64,000 bases of DNA from Chthoniobacteraceae bacterium (GCA_031409655.1 JANNXQ010000170.1:43150-107149), one strand, 5' to 3'. Positions 37,789 through 47,089 are shown, counted from the first letter of the stretch. Notes: generated by a model from the sequence alone, not told the origin. A program made the numbers and translations.

Positions 37789-39066
37789 ATGTCCGCCGCC
37801 ACTCGCGCGCTTGCGCTGCTGCTTGCGATCAATCTTTTCAATTACCTCGACCGCTACATCCTCGCGGCGGTGGAGCCGCTCATCGCGGATCACTTTTTTG
37901 CCGCGACCGATGAGACGGCGATGGCCAAGACGGGCGCACTCGCGACCGCATTCCTCGTCAGCTACATGCTGCTCGCGCCGGTCTTTGGTTGGATGGCGGA
38001 TCGCTTCTCGCGCTGGTGGATCGTCGGCGGTGGTGTGGCGCTGTGGAGTCTGGCGAGTGGATGCTCGGGGCTGGCGGGCACGTTCGCGGTGCTGATTCTC
38101 ACGCGGGTCTTTGTCGGCATCGGCGAGGCGGCCTACGGGCCGGCGGCACCGACGATCATCGCCGATCTCTACCCGGTCGCGAAACGCGGGCGGATGCTCT
38201 CCTACTTCTATCTCGCGATCCCGGTCGGCAGCGCACTCGGCTACGCGTTTGGCGGGAGTATCGGACAACACTACGGCTGGCGCTGGCCCTTCTACCTCGT
38301 GACGATCCCCGGGCTCGTGCTCGGCGGCCTGTGCCTGCTCATGCGCGACCCGCGATCCGCGGCGCGTGCGGCGGAGAAAAAGGCACCGATGAAAATGGAC
38401 GATGTACTCGCGCTCTTCCGCATCCGCTCCTACGTCTTCAATACGGCGGCGATGACGGCGATGACTTTCGCGATCGGCGGCATTTCGTTCTGGCTGCCGC
38501 GCTATCTGTACAAAGACCGCGCCGCGGACTTTGGCGGCGCCCCGAGCCTGGGGCAGATCAATCTCACCTTCGGCGGCATCATGGTCGTGGCAGGCTTGCT
38601 CGCGACGCTGACCGGTGGCTGGGCTGGCGATCGGTTGCGGGCGCGTTTCCCGAGCGCCTATTTCCTCGTCTCGGGAAGCGGCATGTTGCTCGCATTTCCT
38701 TTCACGGTGCTGATGCTCTACACGCCATTTCCGGGGGCCTGGGTGCTGGTCTTCTTCGCGATCTTCTTCCTCTTCTTCAACACTGGCCCCGCCAACGCCG
38801 CGCTGGCCAACGTCACGCCACCCTCCAACCGCGCGACGGCGTTTGCGCTCAATATCCTGATGATCCACGCCCTCGGTGACGCCATCTCGCCGCCGCTGGT
38901 GGGCTGGATCGCCGGGAAGACGAGCATGCAGACGGGCTTCCTGCTGGTATCAGCGACGATGGTGCTGGCGAGCGGGTTTTGGTTTATGGGCGCGCGGTAC
39001 TTGGGGCGGGATACGGCGGCGGTGGAGGCGCTGGGGGAACATCGAACATCGAACGTCGAACACTGA
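37789..39066 (+). CDS. MFS transporter, Spinster (Spns)-like
   Basis: INLFNYLDRY, RVFVGIGEAAYGPAAPTIIADLYP..KRGRMLSYFYLAIPVGSALGY, HALGDAISPPLVG match remembered Spinster-family motifs. Confidence 0.85.
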   Translation: MSAATRALALLLAINLFNYLDRYILAAVEPLIADHFFAATDETAMAKTGALATAFLVSYMLLAPVFGWMADRFSRWWIVGGGVALWSLASGCSGLAGTFAVLILTRVFVGIGEAAYGPAAPTIIADLYPVAKRGRMLSYFYLAIPVGSALGYAFGGSIGQHYGWRWPFYLVTIPGLVLGGLCLLMRDPRSAARAAEKKAPMKMDDVLALFRIRSYVFNTAAMTAMTFAIGGISFWLPRYLYKDRAADFGGAPSLGQINLTFGGIMVVAGLLATLTGGWAGDRLRARFPSAYFLVSGSGMLLAFPFTVLMLYTPFPGAWVLVFFAIFFLFFNTGPANAALANVTPPSNRATAFALNILMIHALGDAISPPLVGWIAGKTSMQTGFLLVSATMVLASGFWFMGARYLGRDTAAVEALGEHRTSNVEH

Positions 39067-39134
39067 ACATCGAACGAAGAGGCAGCGCCCTCCTTGTTCG
39101 ATGTTGGGTGTTGGATGTTCGACGTTCGATGTTT
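39037..39134. repeat. Inverted repeat of tandem heptamers: ~5.5x GAACATC, 20-nt spacer, ~5.5x GATGTTC
   Basis: gaacatc gaacatc gaacgtc gaacact gaacatc gaac ... gttc gatgttg ggtgttg gatgttc gacgttc gatgttt. Confidence 0.9.
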
Positions 39135-39147
39135 CATACTCCCTGAA

Positions 39148-41703
39148 ATGTCCGAAGCCCTGACCCCCATGATGCAGCAATACCAGAGCATCCGGAGGTC
39201 ATTGCCTGCGGATACGCTGCTGCTCTTCCGGCTCGGGGATTTCTACGAGATGTTTTTCGACGATGCGAAGGAGGCGTCGGCCCTGCTCAACGTCGCGCTC
39301 ACGAAGCGGAATCTCGTGCCGATGTGCGGCGTGCCTTTTCACGCGGCGGAGAACTACATCCGGCGGCTCATCAAGGCCGGGAAACGCGTGGCGGTTTGCG
39401 ACCAGGTATCCGAGCCGAAGCCGGGGAAGATCGTCGAACGCGAGATCACCCACATCGTCAGCCCCGGCACGATCTCCGATCTGCACATGCTCGATGCGAA
39501 GCGGAACAACTTCCTCGCCTCCATCTACCAGGGCGCGAAGGGCGGGTTTGGATTCGCATTCATCGATGTGACCACGGGCGATCTGCGGCTCACGGAACTC
39601 GCCGACGAAAAGGAACTCGCGGATGAACTGGCGCGCGTGCAACCGAGCGAAGTGCTCGTGAGCGAAGAGCAGGCAGGAGTTTACAAAGACATCCGCGGGC
39701 TGGTGCTGCGCGACGGCTACACCTTTCTGCTCGATCAGGCCTATTTCACCCTGCGCGAGCATTTCAAAGTGCAGTCGCTCGATGGCTTCGGTTGCAGTGA
39801 TCTGCCGACGGCGATCGGGGCGGCGGGCGCGGTCGTGCATTACCTGAAGAATGAGCTGCGCCGCTCGCTCAGCCATCTCACCCGGATGCAGGTTTATCGT
39901 AATGCGCAGTACATGGTGCTCGACGCGGTGACGCAGGCAAATCTGGAACTCGTGCAGGCGCGCGGCGGCGGGCGCGATACGTCGCTGCTCGGGGCGCTGG
40001 ATCGCACGGCGACGCCAATGGGCGCGCGGAAAATGCGCGACTGGATCCTCCACCCACTCTGCGACCTGGCGGCGCTGAATCAGCGCCAGCAGATGATCGG
40101 GGAGCTGCTCGCAGAGCCTTTCGTGTTGGGAAATGTGCGCGAGACTTTGAAGTCGATCCGCGACATGGAGCGAACGGTGGGGCGGTTGACGCAGACGGGT
40201 GGGAATGCACGCGACCTCCTCGTGCTGCGCACGGCGCTGGAGCAAATCCCGCAGCTCCGCGCGGACCTCGAAGCACTGCATTGTAGGGCAAGCGCTCCGC
40301 TTGCCGCGGGAGTGACGGCAAGCGGAGCGCTTGCCCTACAAAACCAGATCCAACGCGATCTCCAGCCGCTGCCGCACGTCGTCGAACTGCTCGCGAAAGC
40401 GATCATCGATGAGCCGCCGGCCTTGACCAAGGAGGGCGGGATGTTTCGCGATGGCTACCACGCGCCGCTCGACGAACTGCGGCGCGCGTCCACGGACGGC
40501 AAGGAGTGGATCGCGCAACTCCAGCAGCGGGCGATCGAGGAGACGGGGATCAAGTCTTTGAAGGTCCGTTTCACTTCGGTCTTCGGCTACTTCTTGGAGG
40601 TCACAAAATCGAACCTCGATAAGGTGCCGCCGAGCTGGCACCGCAAGCAGACCGTCGCGACCGGCGAGCGTTTCATCACGCCAGAGCTGAAGGAAGTGGA
40701 AGGCAAAATCCTCGGTGCGGATGAAAAGGGAAAAGCCCTCGAGCACGAACTCTTCCTCCAACTCCGCGACGAAGTGCTGCAAGACCTGCCGTCCCTGCAA
40801 TCCACCGCGCACGCCGTGGCTACGCTCGACGTGATCTGTTCCCTCGCTGAGACCGCGCGTCTCTACAACTACTGTCGTCCCGTGCTTTCGGAAGAGCTCG
40901 CCATCTCCGTGGTGGATGGCCGCCACCCGGTGCTCGATCAATCACTCGTGGAGGAAAAATTCGTCCCGAATGACGTGACCCTCGACGCCGAGAAGAACCG
41001 GCTGCTCATCCTGACTGGCCCAAACATGGCGGGCAAATCGACCTACATCCGCCAGGTCGCGCTGCTCGTGCTCATGGCGCAGATCGGTTCGTGGGTGCCG
41101 GCGAAGAGCGCGGAGATCGGGCTGGCGGATCGCATCTTCACCCGCGTCGGCGCGAACGACGACCTCTCGCGCGGGCAATCCACTTTCATGGTGGAGATGA
41201 ACGAAACCGCGAACATTACCAACAACGCGACGGCACGTTCGCTCGTGATCCTGGATGAGATCGGGCGCGGCACCTCGACTTTTGACGGCCTCTCGATCGC
41301 CTGGAGCGTCGCCGAGTATCTGCACGATGAAGTGAAGGCGCGGACGCTTTTCGCCACGCACTACCACGAACTCACCGAACTCGAGATGACTCGCGGCGGC
41401 GTGCGCAACTACAACGTCGCGGTGCGCGAATGGAACGATCAGATCATCTTCCTGCGCAAAATCGTCAAAGGCGGCGCGGACAAGAGCTACGGCATCCAGG
41501 TCGCGCGGCTCGCAGGCCTCCCGCCGTCGATCATCGCGCGCGCGAAGGAAATCCTGAGCAACCTCGAACAGCACGAACTCAACGCCGAAGGCAAACCGGC
41601 ACTTGCCGAGGCCCCGCCACCCCAGAAGCACGGCAAGCCGCGCGGGAAGAAGAAAGCCGAGAAGGCGCTCGCGGAGATGAAGCCGCAGATGACGCTGTTC
41701 TGA
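39148..41703 (+). CDS. mutS: DNA mismatch repair protein MutS
   Basis: TPMMQQY, FRLGDFYEMF, GPNMAGKSTY, STFMVEM, DEIGRGTST, FATHYHELT, SYGIQVARLAG and C-terminal clamp motif QMTLF. Confidence 0.97.
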   Translation: MSEALTPMMQQYQSIRRSLPADTLLLFRLGDFYEMFFDDAKEASALLNVALTKRNLVPMCGVPFHAAENYIRRLIKAGKRVAVCDQVSEPKPGKIVEREITHIVSPGTISDLHMLDAKRNNFLASIYQGAKGGFGFAFIDVTTGDLRLTELADEKELADELARVQPSEVLVSEEQAGVYKDIRGLVLRDGYTFLLDQAYFTLREHFKVQSLDGFGCSDLPTAIGAAGAVVHYLKNELRRSLSHLTRMQVYRNAQYMVLDAVTQANLELVQARGGGRDTSLLGALDRTATPMGARKMRDWILHPLCDLAALNQRQQMIGELLAEPFVLGNVRETLKSIRDMERTVGRLTQTGGNARDLLVLRTALEQIPQLRADLEALHCRASAPLAAGVTASGALALQNQIQRDLQPLPHVVELLAKAIIDEPPALTKEGGMFRDGYHAPLDELRRASTDGKEWIAQLQQRAIEETGIKSLKVRFTSVFGYFLEVTKSNLDKVPPSWHRKQTVATGERFITPELKEVEGKILGADEKGKALEHELFLQLRDEVLQDLPSLQSTAHAVATLDVICSLAETARLYNYCRPVLSEELAISVVDGRHPVLDQSLVEEKFVPNDVTLDAEKNRLLILTGPNMAGKSTYIRQVALLVLMAQIGSWVPAKSAEIGLADRIFTRVGANDDLSRGQSTFMVEMNETANITNNATARSLVILDEIGRGTSTFDGLSIAWSVAEYLHDEVKARTLFATHYHELTELEMTRGGVRNYNVAVREWNDQIIFLRKIVKGGADKSYGIQVARLAGLPPSIIARAKEILSNLEQHELNAEGKPALAEAPPPQKHGKPRGKKKAEKALAEMKPQMTLF
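40281..40341. repeat. REP-doublet (REPIN-like) perfect palindrome inside the mutS coding sequence
   Basis: ttgtagggcaagcgctccgcttgccg (40281-40306), loop cgggagtga, cggcaagcggagcgcttgccctacaa (40316-40341): 26/26 complementary; each arm is GTAG plus an internal hairpin. Confidence 0.88.
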
Positions 41704-41721
41704 GGCTGCGGTTGGGAGCGG

Positions 41722-42963
41722 TTACGCGACCGGCAGAGATTTTCCGACCGTCGCCATGCTTTCACTCTGGCGCTGCTGGACGAAGTCGCGCGCTTTCATG
41801 GCCTTTGCTTTCGCGGTGGCGGGATCTTTCGCCAGTGCGAGCACGGCAGGGACGATGCCGGGGATTTCGGCTTCGTTGTCCATATCGAAGAGCCATTCGC
41901 CGAGCCCAATGTCGCGCCACATCAGGCCCTTGCTAGTCTGCTCTTGCCAGCGGCAGACGATCGCGGGGATGCCATTGCCGATGCACATGATGGGGCTGTG
42001 CATCTCCGCGCCGAAAAGGCCGGCGCTGCGCACGTAGGTGCTGAGGGCTTCGTCGGTGAGCCAGTAATTTGGCCGCCAGACGACCTTCGACTTCGCGTCG
42101 TCGGGCAGTTTGTCCACGAGCATTTCCTTGCCGATTTCCATCTGGCTGGAGTCCTCGGGGCAGACGAGCACCTTCATCCCGGTCTGCCGGACCACGGCGA
42201 CGATGGCCTCGCGCAGCGGCCCGAGATCGTGCTCTTTCATCGCCTCGTTGCGGGCGTGCTTTCTTTCGTCGAAGGCCACGCCGGGCTTCATCTTCCAGTA
42301 AGGCGTGTTGCGGAAGCGCGGGATGCAGCAGAGGAATTTTCCGGGCTCAAGCTGATTGGATTTTAGGAACGTGTCCGCGGCGGCGTCATTGCGCAGATCC
42401 ACGGCGAAGGATCCTTCGGGGCAAAACTCCATGATGGGTGAGGAGACGCCGTGATCCTTGGCGAACTGGAGCGAGACGGAGTCGCGGAAGTAAACAAACC
42501 TTGCGCCGCTGAGGAGATCGATCGTCGGCTGGTCTGTGTATGAAGCGGTGATCCCGTAGATGCCGTAGGGTTTGCCGGTTTCGTCGCGCCACTTGGCGAC
42601 ATCCTTCTGGGCAACCAGGCTTGGTCCGGAGCCGTGCAGCAGGAAGTCGCACTCCGCGAGTGCGGCCAGGATGTCTTCGCGGGTCTGGATGATTTTCACT
42701 TTCGGAAAGCGCTTAGTGAGTATCGCGTCCACGCCATTGGACACGCTGCTGGGCCAGAGGCGCACCTCCACATCGGGAAGATGCTGCTCGAGCAGGTGCA
42801 GGACCCCGGGCGTGTGCGCGATGTCGCCGATATTCACCGTCTGCCAGGAAGAGCGGAGGACGATGCGCCGCGGGCGCGTGGCGGCGTGGGTGAGACGGGG
42901 AGCGAGGCTGGCGGCGAGGGCGGTGGTGAGGAAGGTGCGGCGGGAGAGGTGCGGTGAGGACAT
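41722..42963 (-). CDS. Tat-exported polysaccharide pyruvyl transferase-family protein
   Basis: SRRTFL Tat signal; SSWQTVNIGDIAHTPG, LHGSGP, YFRDSVSL, EMHSPIMCIGNGIP motifs. Confidence 0.75.
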   Translation of the reverse strand: MSSPHLSRRTFLTTALAASLAPRLTHAATRPRRIVLRSSWQTVNIGDIAHTPGVLHLLEQHLPDVEVRLWPSSVSNGVDAILTKRFPKVKIIQTREDILAALAECDFLLHGSGPSLVAQKDVAKWRDETGKPYGIYGITASYTDQPTIDLLSGARFVYFRDSVSLQFAKDHGVSSPIMEFCPEGSFAVDLRNDAAADTFLKSNQLEPGKFLCCIPRFRNTPYWKMKPGVAFDERKHARNEAMKEHDLGPLREAIVAVVRQTGMKVLVCPEDSSQMEIGKEMLVDKLPDDAKSKVVWRPNYWLTDEALSTYVRSAGLFGAEMHSPIMCIGNGIPAIVCRWQEQTSKGLMWRDIGLGEWLFDMDNEAEIPGIVPAVLALAKDPATAKAKAMKARDFVQQRQSESMATVGKSLPVA

Positions 42964-43004
42964 GGGAAAGGTTGGGAATCTGGGCGGGATCGGCGGCGCA
43001 GGAG

Positions 43005-43036
43005 AAACGCTAAACTTCAAACGCCAAACGCTAAAC
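43005..43036. repeat. Intergenic tandem heptamer repeat, ~4.5x AAACGCT
   Basis: aaacgct aaacttc aaacgcc aaacgct aaac. Confidence 0.7.
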
Positions 43037-43184
43037 GGGAGGACACGCGCCAGGGCGGGAACTTTGGCGTTTTCTTCGCCGCGCCGCCCTTTAGACTTCA
43101 GAACAGATATCCGACTCCACACGCCCCGCTATTTTCCTCGCTCCGCCGGGAAAGCGCCGCATAGCCTCGCGGTCCGTTTTTGCC

Positions 43185-44069
43185 ATGGAATCACCTAACC
43201 CTGTGCTCCGCGTCGGTCTGCCTTCGGGCAGCTTGCAGGAGCCGACTTTCGCCCTTTTCGCCAAGGCCGGCTTCCACATTTCCGGCGCCAGTCGCTCGTA
43301 CAAGCCGCAGGTGGACGACTCGGAAATCGTGATCCGCCTGCTGCGTGCGCAGGAGATTTCCCGCTACGTCGAACACGGCTTTCTGGATTGCGGGCTTACC
43401 GGCGCGGATTGGATCGCGAACAACAGCTCCGACGTGGAGGTGCTCGCGGAGATGACCTTTTCCAAAGTGAGTAGCAAGCCGACGCGCTGGGTCATTGCCG
43501 TGCCGGAGGATTCAGACATTCGGACCGTGAAGGATCTGCAAGGCAAAGTAATTGCCACGGAAGCCGTGGAACTTACGCGCAATTTCCTGGCGAAACATGG
43601 CGTCACGGCCGAGGTGGAATTCTCGTGGGGGGCGACCGAGGTGAAGGTGCCGGATCTCGTGGATGCGATCGCCGATGTGACGGAAACAGGCTCGTCGCTG
43701 CGGGCGAATAATCTGCGCATCCTGGAGACGATGATGGAGTCCTCCCCGCAGTTCATCGCGAACCATCGGGCAATGGAAGACGCTTGGAAAAAGGCGAAGA
43801 TCGAAATGGTGGTGCTGCTGCTCAAAGGCGCCTTTGCCGCGCGCAACAAGGTGGGGCTGAAAATGAATCTGCCCGAGGACAAGCTCGCCGCCTTGCTCAC
43901 GGCGCTCCCCGCCTTGCGCAATCCGACGATCTCGAAGCTCGCCTTCGATGGCTGGATCGCCGTCGAGACGATCACGGACGAAAGCGTCGTCCGCGAAATC
44001 ATCCCGAAGCTCAAAGTGCTCGGCGCCGAGGGCATCATCGAGTATCCGCTGAACAAGGTGGTGTACTAA
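43185..44069 (+). CDS. hisG: ATP phosphoribosyltransferase (long form)
   Basis: GLPSGSLQ, LRAQEI, FSWGATEVKVP, DAIADVTETGSSLRAN and C-terminal regulatory domain (PALRNPTIS, GAEGIIEYPLNK). Confidence 0.95.
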   Translation: MESPNPVLRVGLPSGSLQEPTFALFAKAGFHISGASRSYKPQVDDSEIVIRLLRAQEISRYVEHGFLDCGLTGADWIANNSSDVEVLAEMTFSKVSSKPTRWVIAVPEDSDIRTVKDLQGKVIATEAVELTRNFLAKHGVTAEVEFSWGATEVKVPDLVDAIADVTETGSSLRANNLRILETMMESSPQFIANHRAMEDAWKKAKIEMVVLLLKGAFAARNKVGLKMNLPEDKLAALLTALPALRNPTISKLAFDGWIAVETITDESVVREIIPKLKVLGAEGIIEYPLNKVVY

Positions 44070-44087
44070 GCGACCGAGGCGTCGGTG

Positions 44088-44798
44088 TCAGCCCATAGGC
44101 GTGAGGCGCACGGCCATCGAGGTGGCGAAGGCGCGGAAGCCGAGGCGTTCGGCGATGCACATCGAGGCGTGATTTGCGGCGAGCGTTCGATATTGCGGGA
44201 GCAACCCGGCAGCGAGCGCGCGGGCGGTGAGATGGGCGACCGCACTTTGCCCAAAGTCGCGGCCGCGAAAGGACGGATGGGTGACGATAGAAATGTGCGC
44301 GATAGTTCCACCCCAGACTTCGTAACCCGCCAAAGCGACAAGCTGGCCGCCCGAGAATACCCCGGAGCACGGATGGGCGATGTCGCTGCCACCGTGCTCC
44401 CATTCGTTGACGTCGCAGGCGCCCCGCAAAGCTTCGAGTGCGGGCGCGTCGGCGGCGTCGAGCGCACGCGTCGGCTGCAAGGCAGGTGCAACTTTTTCGG
44501 CGTAGCCGATGAAGGCTGGGCCGATGACCTTTGCGGCCACGGAACCCAGGGCGTTGGCAAATGAAGCGGGCGTGACCGGTCGCTGACGGAGGAGGTGCGA
44601 AAGGGTCTCCATGCGTTCCGGTGGGAGTGACGCAATCGCGTTTCCTTCCCGAAAGAGGCTGAAGGCTCCGGCGTAGCCTGCGAGTTCGCCACCATGTGGG
44701 ACGATCCGCAGCGGTGCGGAAAAGAGGTCTCCCGGTTCGCAGCCCAGATGTTCCGCCCAGTAGCGGAGCGCGATGGCCGCGGCGCGTTTGCTCAGCAT
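44088..44798 (-). CDS. GNAT-family N-acetyltransferase
   Basis: C-terminal IVTHPSFRGRDFGQ motif A and NHASMCIAERLGF. Confidence 0.8.
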   Translation of the reverse strand: MLSKRAAAIALRYWAEHLGCEPGDLFSAPLRIVPHGGELAGYAGAFSLFREGNAIASLPPERMETLSHLLRQRPVTPASFANALGSVAAKVIGPAFIGYAEKVAPALQPTRALDAADAPALEALRGACDVNEWEHGGSDIAHPCSGVFSGGQLVALAGYEVWGGTIAHISIVTHPSFRGRDFGQSAVAHLTARALAAGLLPQYRTLAANHASMCIAERLGFRAFATSMAVRLTPMG

Positions 44799-44955
44799 GA
44801 TTCGCGATTGCTACTGGCACGCGAGCGGGGCGGCAATCGCGATTCGCCAGGAGCCTCCGGCGCGCTCAATCGTGAAATGGCCAAAATTGTCGTTGCCCCC
44901 CCGGGGGAATAGTGATTCCCTCCCCGCCCCTAACCGAACATTTACCACCACCTCA

Positions 44956-45060
44956 ATGGGTTCACTCAAAAAGCGCCGGAAGGCGAAAATCGCCAAACAC
45001 AAACGCAGGAAGCGGATGAAGGAGAACCGCCACAAGAAGCGTTTGCGCTACAAGAGCTAG
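44956..45060 (+). CDS. 34-aa basic peptide, AURKAIP1/COX24-domain (bS22/mS38-like ribosomal protein)
   Basis: MGSLKKRRKAKIAKHKRRKRMKENRHKKRLRYKS, the 3' part of ORF 44773-45060; resembles actinobacterial MGSVIKKRRKRMSKKKHRK peptides. Confidence 0.82.
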   Translation: MGSLKKRRKAKIAKHKRRKRMKENRHKKRLRYKS

Positions 45061-45076
45061 CCGCTAAAATGCGGCC

Positions 45077-47089
45077 ATGAAAATGTCCCGTTCGGCAAGA
45101 CCTTCATGGTGGCCGCGGGCGCTTTTCTTCGCGGTGCTCACCGCGGTCTTCGTTCCGGCTTACGGCGCTCCGCCGACGGGAACACCTGCGCGGATTCGCG
45201 AACCCAAACCGGCGGCTAAACCCGCTGCTGAGTCTGCCTCCAAGCCCGCCAAAGGCGCGCGCGCGACAGTCCCCGAGGTGCGACGCAAGGACGCCGAGCC
45301 GAAAATTTCCACCAAGCCGGTGACTGGCGTACCCCCTGTGGCGGGCGGCCCGGCGGAGTTTGCCGACGCCTATCCCTCGGAGATGCGCCCGGCGCCCGCC
45401 GACCTCCTCCTGAAGCCAGCAGACGCGCGGAAAGCGGAAGCCTTTGGGGCCTTCGCCGAGGGGCTGCTCGCCGAGGATAGCGCGGATTCGGAGCGGATGC
45501 TGGCGGGCTACCGGAAGACCCTCGAATACGACCCAGGCTACGTGGAGTTGGCCATCAAGGTGGCCGTCGAACTCGCCCGGCGGAACGACGCCCCGTCGGG
45601 CATCCAGATTCTCAAGGACGCCATCAAGGCCGAGCCCAAGGAGCCGCTGCCCTACGTCTATCTTTCCCAGCTCTACGCGCGCTTTCTGAAGAAACCCGAA
45701 CTGGCGGAGAAGTATGCGCAGGACGCCCTGGCTCTTGCCCCGGAGAATTTCGCGACGCACCTCGCGCTCTACGAACTGCAGGCCACCGCTGGCGACCCGA
45801 AGAAAGCCGAGCAGGTCATCGAACGGGCAGCGAAGGTGAACTCGAAGGATCCGAAGTTTTGGATTCAACTCGGCAGCCTCTACCGCCGACTCTATCTCAA
45901 GGAAGACGGCACCGCGGGCCCCGAGGAGTTGAAGAAGATGAACGCCGTGCATCTGAAGGCCGCCGATCTCGGGAAGGGCGACGTGGCCATCCTCACCGAT
46001 GTCGGCGATTACTTCGTGCTCTCGAAGCAGGTCAAGGAAGCCATTCCTTACTACCTCGCCGTCCTGGGCCTGCCTCAGGAAGCGGGCGATCCGCAGGTGG
46101 TGAATGTCCGCGACAAGCTCGCTCGCAGCTACATCGTCACCGGCCAGCGGGACGAGGCCATCACCGTGCTCGAGCAGCTCACGCGCGACAACGCGCTCCG
46201 CTTCGAGACCTACGAACTCCTCGCCAAACTCTACGAAGAATGCAGCGAAGCCGAGCGCACCGCTGGCGACACCGCGAAGTCCGAAGCCTCGCTCCAGCGC
46301 GCGCTGGACAACTACCAGCATAGCCTGCTCCTCGACTCCAGCGTGCCGCAGAACCACCTGCGCCTTGCCGATGTGATGATGCGCCGCAAGCAGTTTGAAA
46401 AGGCCGTGGAGACGATGGTCGCGGCGAAGGTGAAATTCCCCGACGTGCCGGTGATCAAATACAGCCTCGCCATCGCCCTCGGCCAGGCGAAGCGGCACAC
46501 CGAAGCGCTCGCGGCCTTTGCCGAGGCTCAGGCGGACGCCGAAAACAGCCACGAAGAGTTGCTCAATGCGGAATTCTACCTGAGCTACGGCGCTGCGGCC
46601 GAACAGGCTGGCCTCACCGACCGCGCCGCGGAGCTTTTGCGCAAAAGCATCCAGCTCGATCCGAACAGCGCCAAAGCCATGAACTACCTCGGCTACATGT
46701 GGGCCGAACGTGGCGAGCAACTCGAGGAAGCTGGCGAACTGATCCGCAAAGCCAACGAACTCGATCCCGACAACGGCGCCTACCTCGACAGCCTCGGCTG
46801 GTATTACTTTAAAAAAGGTGAACCGGAGCGCGCGCTAAAAGAACTCCTCAGCGCCGCGGAACATATCCGGCGCGAGGAGAAAAAAGACGACGCCGTGGTG
46901 CTCGATCACATCGGCGACGCCTACGCGAAGCTCGGCAAAATGAGCGAGGCGCTGGACTACTGGAAGAAGGCCGTCGCCATCGGACTAGACGATCCAAAGA
47001 CCGCCGGTCGCGTCGCGGAAAAGATCGAGGAAGCCAAACAGAAACTCACGCAAGGTGAGGCCGCGGTCGCGGAGCCGGCTAGGAACTGA
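45077..47089 (+). CDS. Exported tetratricopeptide-repeat protein
   Basis: Signal peptide; many TPRs; C-terminal AMNYLGYMWAE...AYLDSLGWYYFKKG...VLDHIGDAY pattern. Confidence 0.9.
   Translation: MKMSRSARPSWWPRALFFAVLTAVFVPAYGAPPTGTPARIREPKPAAKPAAESASKPAKGARATVPEVRRKDAEPKISTKPVTGVPPVAGGPAEFADAYPSEMRPAPADLLLKPADARKAEAFGAFAEGLLAEDSADSERMLAGYRKTLEYDPGYVELAIKVAVELARRNDAPSGIQILKDAIKAEPKEPLPYVYLSQLYARFLKKPELAEKYAQDALALAPENFATHLALYELQATAGDPKKAEQVIERAAKVNSKDPKFWIQLGSLYRRLYLKEDGTAGPEELKKMNAVHLKAADLGKGDVAILTDVGDYFVLSKQVKEAIPYYLAVLGLPQEAGDPQVVNVRDKLARSYIVTGQRDEAITVLEQLTRDNALRFETYELLAKLYEECSEAERTAGDTAKSEASLQRALDNYQHSLLLDSSVPQNHLRLADVMMRRKQFEKAVETMVAAKVKFPDVPVIKYSLAIALGQAKRHTEALAAFAEAQADAENSHEELLNAEFYLSYGAAAEQAGLTDRAAELLRKSIQLDPNSAKAMNYLGYMWAERGEQLEEAGELIRKANELDPDNGAYLDSLGWYYFKKGEPERALKELLSAAEHIRREEKKDDAVVLDHIGDAYAKLGKMSEALDYWKKAVAIGLDDPKTAGRVAEKIEEAKQKLTQGEAAVAEPARN

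Noticed and set aside
39037..39134. Possible CRISPR array
   Set aside because: Units are 7 nt with no unique spacers, arranged as an inverted pair; no cas genes in the window.
39094..39147. MutS N-terminal extension MFDVGCWMFDVRCF
   Set aside because: Translation of the heptamer repeat arm; conserved MutS sequence begins at MSEALTPMMQQY (39148).
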